64,000 nt of DNA from Callorhinchus milii (taxonomy: Eukaryota): assembly GCF_018977255.1 (NCBI RefSeq), contig NW_024704743.1, forward strand, positions 38,566,001 through 38,630,000, written 5' to 3'. This document shows, piece after piece, positions 59,705 to 64,000 of this stretch. A program made the translations under genes and the position numbers. How positions within the stretch are numbered: position 1 is the first letter of the stretch; every line of letters begins with the position of its first letter. The notes beneath the pieces are model-generated. The model saw only the letters and a program-made list of their open reading frames with translations, made no database searches and was not told where the DNA came from.

Positions 59705-60258
59705 CCAATGCTAAGGAGAGGAAATATCAGTCTGGTTTTTGCTCCAAATCATTGGGGCTGAAAGTGCTACATTCAAACCGGAAGTGACCGTGCTAATATC
59801 ACCTTCCATTTGTGATAGCACTTGGCATTCTGCTTTCAAGCTGTTTCACGGCCGAGAAAAAGACTGTCAACTCTGACATAATGTTGGGAACAAAAACTCT
59901 GGGTGTAAGACGACCTTTGCAGCCCTTTGGGATTGGATGCTATCCTGATTTCAGAAGTTTCACAGTAAATCTTCCAATTTCATTCACTGACAAGAATATG
60001 CTGTGAGTGGGGTCTGCTGGCATTTTCAGCCCCACTATCTAGGACTCTTGTTGGAAAATGCACATGTGGGGCTTTGGTTGAGGACAAAAACATGCTTGGT
60101 TATGAAGCCCCCCCTCCCCACAGTGAAATACTCTGCTGGTTCTCAGAATCCAGGGGTGAAAAATGACTGATCGGGCATGACACTAGGGTGTTGCCAATAC
60201 CTGTGGAAGATAATACTCTACTATAAGTCAAAGTATTCAGAAGAGCAAGGCAAAAAAA
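59705..60258 (+). mobile_element. LF-SINE-like element interrupted by a MITE
   Basis: GCTAAGGAGAGGAAATATCAG..CTCCAAATC|TATCTAGGACTCTTGTTGGAAAATGCAC..TGAGGACA is collinear with LF-SINE. Confidence 0.6.
59754..60033. mobile_element. 280-bp non-autonomous DNA transposon (PIF/Harbinger-like MITE)
   Basis: TIRs GGGGCTGAAAGTGCTA / TGGCATTTTCAGCCCC (14/16); 3-bp flanks ATT / ACT. Confidence 0.7.
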
Positions 60259-60864
60259 AGGAATGAATTGGAAAAAGATTAAAACGAGCTGCCCAGCTGT
60301 TGCCAGCTGTTGCTGACAGTAATAACTCCCCTCTCCAATGCTCTAAGCGGGATGTGCTTACCAGCAGCCAGCCTGGGAACCAGGAAAGGCGATCACACAG
60401 ATGTTAGGCACATTGGAGTGCTGGCTCTATTGAAACCTAAGCCTATGACAGCATGAGGTCTGAAAGGTATGAATCGAGTACCTTATGACTTCACCACTGG
60501 ACCACTTTGAAATTATAGTTACTGGAACCCCCTTACAATAACCACTGCTGAGTCTGCATGCATCATGTGTTAAGAGAATTAAGTGGGGTGAGATCAGTGT
60601 TTATTTCATTCCAATGAACATTTGCTTCACTGGATGAGTGTGATCAGAATTTTTTATTGGAGCATAGCTTTACTGAATACACTCCTAGCAGAAAAAATTG
60701 ACAATAAACATTTTAATCTGGAGTGTAAGCTAAGTCGTGGGTTTGCCAATAGAGTAGGAACTTTAACAGTATTTTGTCTGTTGAACAGAGAGCTACAATA
60801 CAACATCATTATAATATAATTTATATTTGTTTAGCACCAAAGCTGTGTGCAGAATGTACATTTA

Positions 60865-61150
60865 ATATAAATAATAATACTTACATTTAATTTAGGGCCT
60901 TATATCTTTGAGACATCTCAAAGCGCTTCACAGAATACACTATCAAGTGAATTGACTATATATTTTTGTGGGCTAAATGGGGCTAATGCAGAGCTATTTT
61001 TTAAACAAAAATATTTTGGTATACTTATTCCTTAAAATTCGCCCACAAATATACGGTCAATTCACTTTACAGTCTGTTCTGTGAAGCGCTTTGAGAAGTC
61101 GAGAAGATGTGAAAAGCATTATATCAAATGCAACGATTATTATTATATTA
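60865..61150. mobile_element. Inverted pair of SINE tails (60865-60975 -, 61040-61150 +)
   Basis: CTCAAAGCGCTTCACAGAA..AAGTGAATTGAC versus GTCAATTCACTT..TTCTGTGAAGCGCTTTGAG. Confidence 0.85.
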
Positions 61151-61156
61151 TATAAA

Positions 61157-62520
61157 ATCACAAGAAAGGTTTGGATGAAGAAGGCATTTTGTCTCATTTG
61201 ATCTGATACTTCCAGAAAACCCAACCTACCATTCTCCCATTACAGCATCTAGCAGTTTTAATGAATCCAGTGTCCTGATCCCAAATAACATTTCTGGTAA
61301 CCTCTTTCAGCTGTTATTATTCTCTGGGTAAAGGAATATTTCCTGGTATCTGTCCTTTGCAACCATAAATATGTACCTTCTTATTTTATTAATAATAATA
61401 ATCCTTGCTTTTGATATAGTGCCTTATTACCTTGCCGAGACATCTCAAAGTGTTTCATGGGATATATTGTAAAGTGGTGTGGCTGTATTTTGAGGACAAA
61501 TATGGCAACCAATTTGCTCACAACAATGTCCCACAAATCCATGAGTGAGCAACCAATTTTATTTGAGAGATTGTTGGTCAGGACACTTAGAGAAACTGCC
61601 TTCTCTTTTCAAATAGTGCCAAACGTCCCTCTGAACAGGCAGATGGGCCCTTGTTTTACTGTCTGGTATTCAGAAACCATTGATACAGTTTATTGTTTAA
61701 ATCCCATGTAAAATTATGTATATCCCTCTGAGTTGTAACTTTGCAAGGCAGAAGAGCTTAGATTGTCTAATCATTGTCTAATAATTATTATTAATAATAA
61801 TAATCCCTCCAAAACAAAACAATAATAAATTGGTCATTTTCAATCCACGATTGTTTGTGGGACACTGCTGTGTGCAATTGGCTGCCGCGTTTCACCCACA
61901 AATATACAGTCAATTCACTTTACAGTCTATTCTGTAAAGTGCTATGAGACGTCTAGAAGACGTGAAAAGCGCGATATCAAATGCAAGGATTATTACTATT
62001 ATTATTATTGCTCATCACTAATTTCTCTAACATTGGGGATCATCCTTATTGTTCTCCTCTTCATTGACTCGAGGGCCTGGCAGCCCCTTGGGTCACAGTG
62101 ACCAGAACTGCATGCAGTATTCTCAGCGCAGCCTGATAAGAGCAGTGTATAGCTTGAGTATGACTTCAGAGGATCTGAACTCAACTGATTTGACAATATA
62201 GCCCAGCATCCTGTTTGCCTTGTTTATTGCTGTCTCACATTGTTTCCATATGGTGAGCAATGAGTCAACTGACACCAGTAGATGTCATTCAGGTTCCCCT
62301 TTGGCAGTTTCTATCTTGTCCTTGGAGAACATGTGCCTGCTATTCTTACTTCCTGTATACAATACCTTGCATTTATCCGTATTGAACTTCATTTGCCAGT
62401 CATTAGCACATGCGCATACCATACCAAGCTCTCTTTGTAAAGACCATTGCTGCTTTCTCTGATTCCACAGTTCCCCTCTACTCTGTGTCATCAGCAAATG
62501 TAACAACCTCACACTTAGTC
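61157..62520 (-). mobile_element. CR1 LINE 3' portion split by two SINE insertions (61388-61670 -, 61790-62008 +)
   Basis: Reverse remnants WQMKFNTDKCKVL, KANRMLGYIVKSVEFRS, ALESMKRRTIRMIP; CR1 tail at 61157. Confidence 0.85.
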
Positions 62521-62839
62521 ATTAATCTATAAAAGGAACAGGAAGATTCAGCAACATTAGAGACAAGTCTTCACATAAACATCAGCCCTTCTGATTAATG
62601 AACTAGAAAACTGTTCCACCACTGCCTATGATGAAATGCAAGTAAAGAGACTTAGAAGTATTTGGTCTCTGCTCTGTGCTGAGCTTGACAGTAAGTGTCA
62701 GTAACCATAGACTGTGAAGGAGGAAGATCAGACAGGGTCAGCCCTTGATCTCTTTCCAGTGGCACTCCATCATTCACCCTCACCTAGTGGGAAATAAACA
62801 TGGCCCACAAATTCTCACAATCTCAGCCATTGTTTTAAG

Positions 62840-63062
62840 ATTATAATAAAATATTATTGCATTTAATATAGCAATTTATCACATTGCTGAAATGTCTCAA
62901 ATCACTTCACAGGATTTCCTGTTAAGTGTTGTGACTCTTATTTTGTAGACGAACTCAGAAGCTAATTTGTGCACAGCCATGTCCCACAAACAGCCACAAA
63001 GTGAATGATGTTTTTTGACGGGTTTGGGGTGGTGGTGGGGGGAAGGCATTGTTGGCCAGGAT
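62840..63062 (-). mobile_element. Deu-type SINE 3' half
   Basis: TTGCATTTAATATAG..GTCCCACAAACAGCC. Confidence 0.75.
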
Positions 63063-63090
63063 ATTGAAGATCATATAGAATTTTGAAAAT

Positions 63091-63141
63091 CTTAAATTCA
63101 GTTTTAATTTGAAAAGTAATCAAACTAAAACTGAATTTAAG
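63091..63141. repeat. 22-bp-arm palindrome (MITE-like family)
   Basis: CTTAAATTCAGTTTTAATTTGA-7nt-TCAAACTAAAACTGAATTTAAG, 21/22 paired. Confidence 0.8.
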
Positions 63142-63499
63142 TATTTTGCACAGAATTGCATTAACAGACAATGGTTTTAAGGCTAAGATTCAAGCCTCTG
63201 ATCTTCCAGTGTTATAATCCGAATGACATATTTATAAAATAGCTTTCTTGTGCAGACATTTTTCATAGCAACACAGAATATGACTTCAACATCTTAACAG
63301 AAATAATAAGATATCCTTGGCTCAGAAAGCATGCAGGCCAGACTGCTGTACAAACTGGCACAAGACCAGCTTGTTCAGTACTTGATTTGTCATCCAGTTT
63401 TTGCAATATACTAGTCAGAGTCAGAATGTGAGCTGCCTGTTTAATCCCATTCATATCCATAGCCACTTGTTTAGATTTGAACAGAATAGGAGTAAAATG

Positions 63500-63658
63500 A
63501 CAGCCTGTATAGTTAGTAGCACTCTCGCTTCTGAGTCAGAAGGTTGCGGGTTCAAGCCTCACGTCAGGACTTGGAACTTACATAATCTAAGGTGACACTC
63601 AAGTGTGGTAGAAGAGGTGCTTTGTTGGAGCGACATCCTTTGGATGAGATGTTAAACT
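63500..63658 (+). mobile_element. Deu-type SINE 5' half
   Basis: TAGCACTCTCGCTTCTGAGTCAGAAGGTTGCGGGTTCAAGCC..GGATGAGATGTTAAAC. Confidence 0.8.
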
Positions 63659-63921
63659 GGAATGGAATACTTTTAGCAATAGCACAAATTTTACTCCAAT
63701 AAATTTGGATAAGGAAGGTCCACAATGACATGTACACTGCTCGGGGAGGAATGTAAAGATAACTGGAGGCCTGTGAGAATGATGCACTGGTGAAACCAAA
63801 CTGAATGACTGAAGATTTATGTAGACAATCAAGAGAGGTTACATGTGTGGGAAGAAGTAAGAAACCACCAGCGAGACAATTTTTGTTTGTTTGAAAATTT
63901 GAAATGTATCCTGGGATTAGA

Positions 63922-63985
63922 CAACAACAACAATAAATTGCATTTATATACTGCCTTTCACATTGGGAGGACGTCCCAAGGCACT
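63922..63985 (-). mobile_element. L2 3' tail
   Basis: (CAA)n..GCCTTTCACATTGGGAGGACGTCCCAAGGCAC. Confidence 0.8.
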
Positions 63986-64000
63986 GAAAGACAGTTGAAT

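Larger units (their letters stand above)
47885..64000 (+). other. FBXL7: FBXL7 intron 1 (continues beyond the window)
   Basis: Starts GTGAGT; no sequence encoding the expected exon 2 (GKGSSSISSDVSSSTDHTP-like) was seen. Confidence 0.7.

Overview
Vertebrate genomic DNA. The repeat repertoire (L2, CR1, Penelope inverted-repeat elements, Deu-type SINEs, LF-SINE) points to a cartilaginous fish, possibly a chimaera; this is inference. Only one host coding exon is recognisable: the first coding exon of FBXL7 (47848-47884, + strand, MGANNGKQCGSD-G, 37 nt, phase-1 GTGAGT donor), inside a GC/CpG-rich promoter and 5' UTR. About 47 kb upstream is gene-free and 47885-64000 is intron 1; exon 2 was not found. 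The rest is dense, often nested transposon debris. It includes one near-intact L2 LINE (9850-13342, APE+RT, two small frameshifts), two SINE families sharing its covarying 3' stem-loop, Penelope repeats with a degenerate minimal hammerhead ribozyme, an RTE-X-like LINE family, CR1, LF-SINE and a PIF/Harbinger-like MITE. The most unusual structure is at the FBXL7 start. An inverted (TCAC)n/(GTGA)n array pair can mask or mimic the exon-1 donor, there is a possible alternative ATG-G first exon, and the 5' UTR holds a 13-bp G-rich tandem repeat and upstream ATGs. Repeat boundaries are approximate (read by eye) and family names come from remembered consensus motifs, not a database search.
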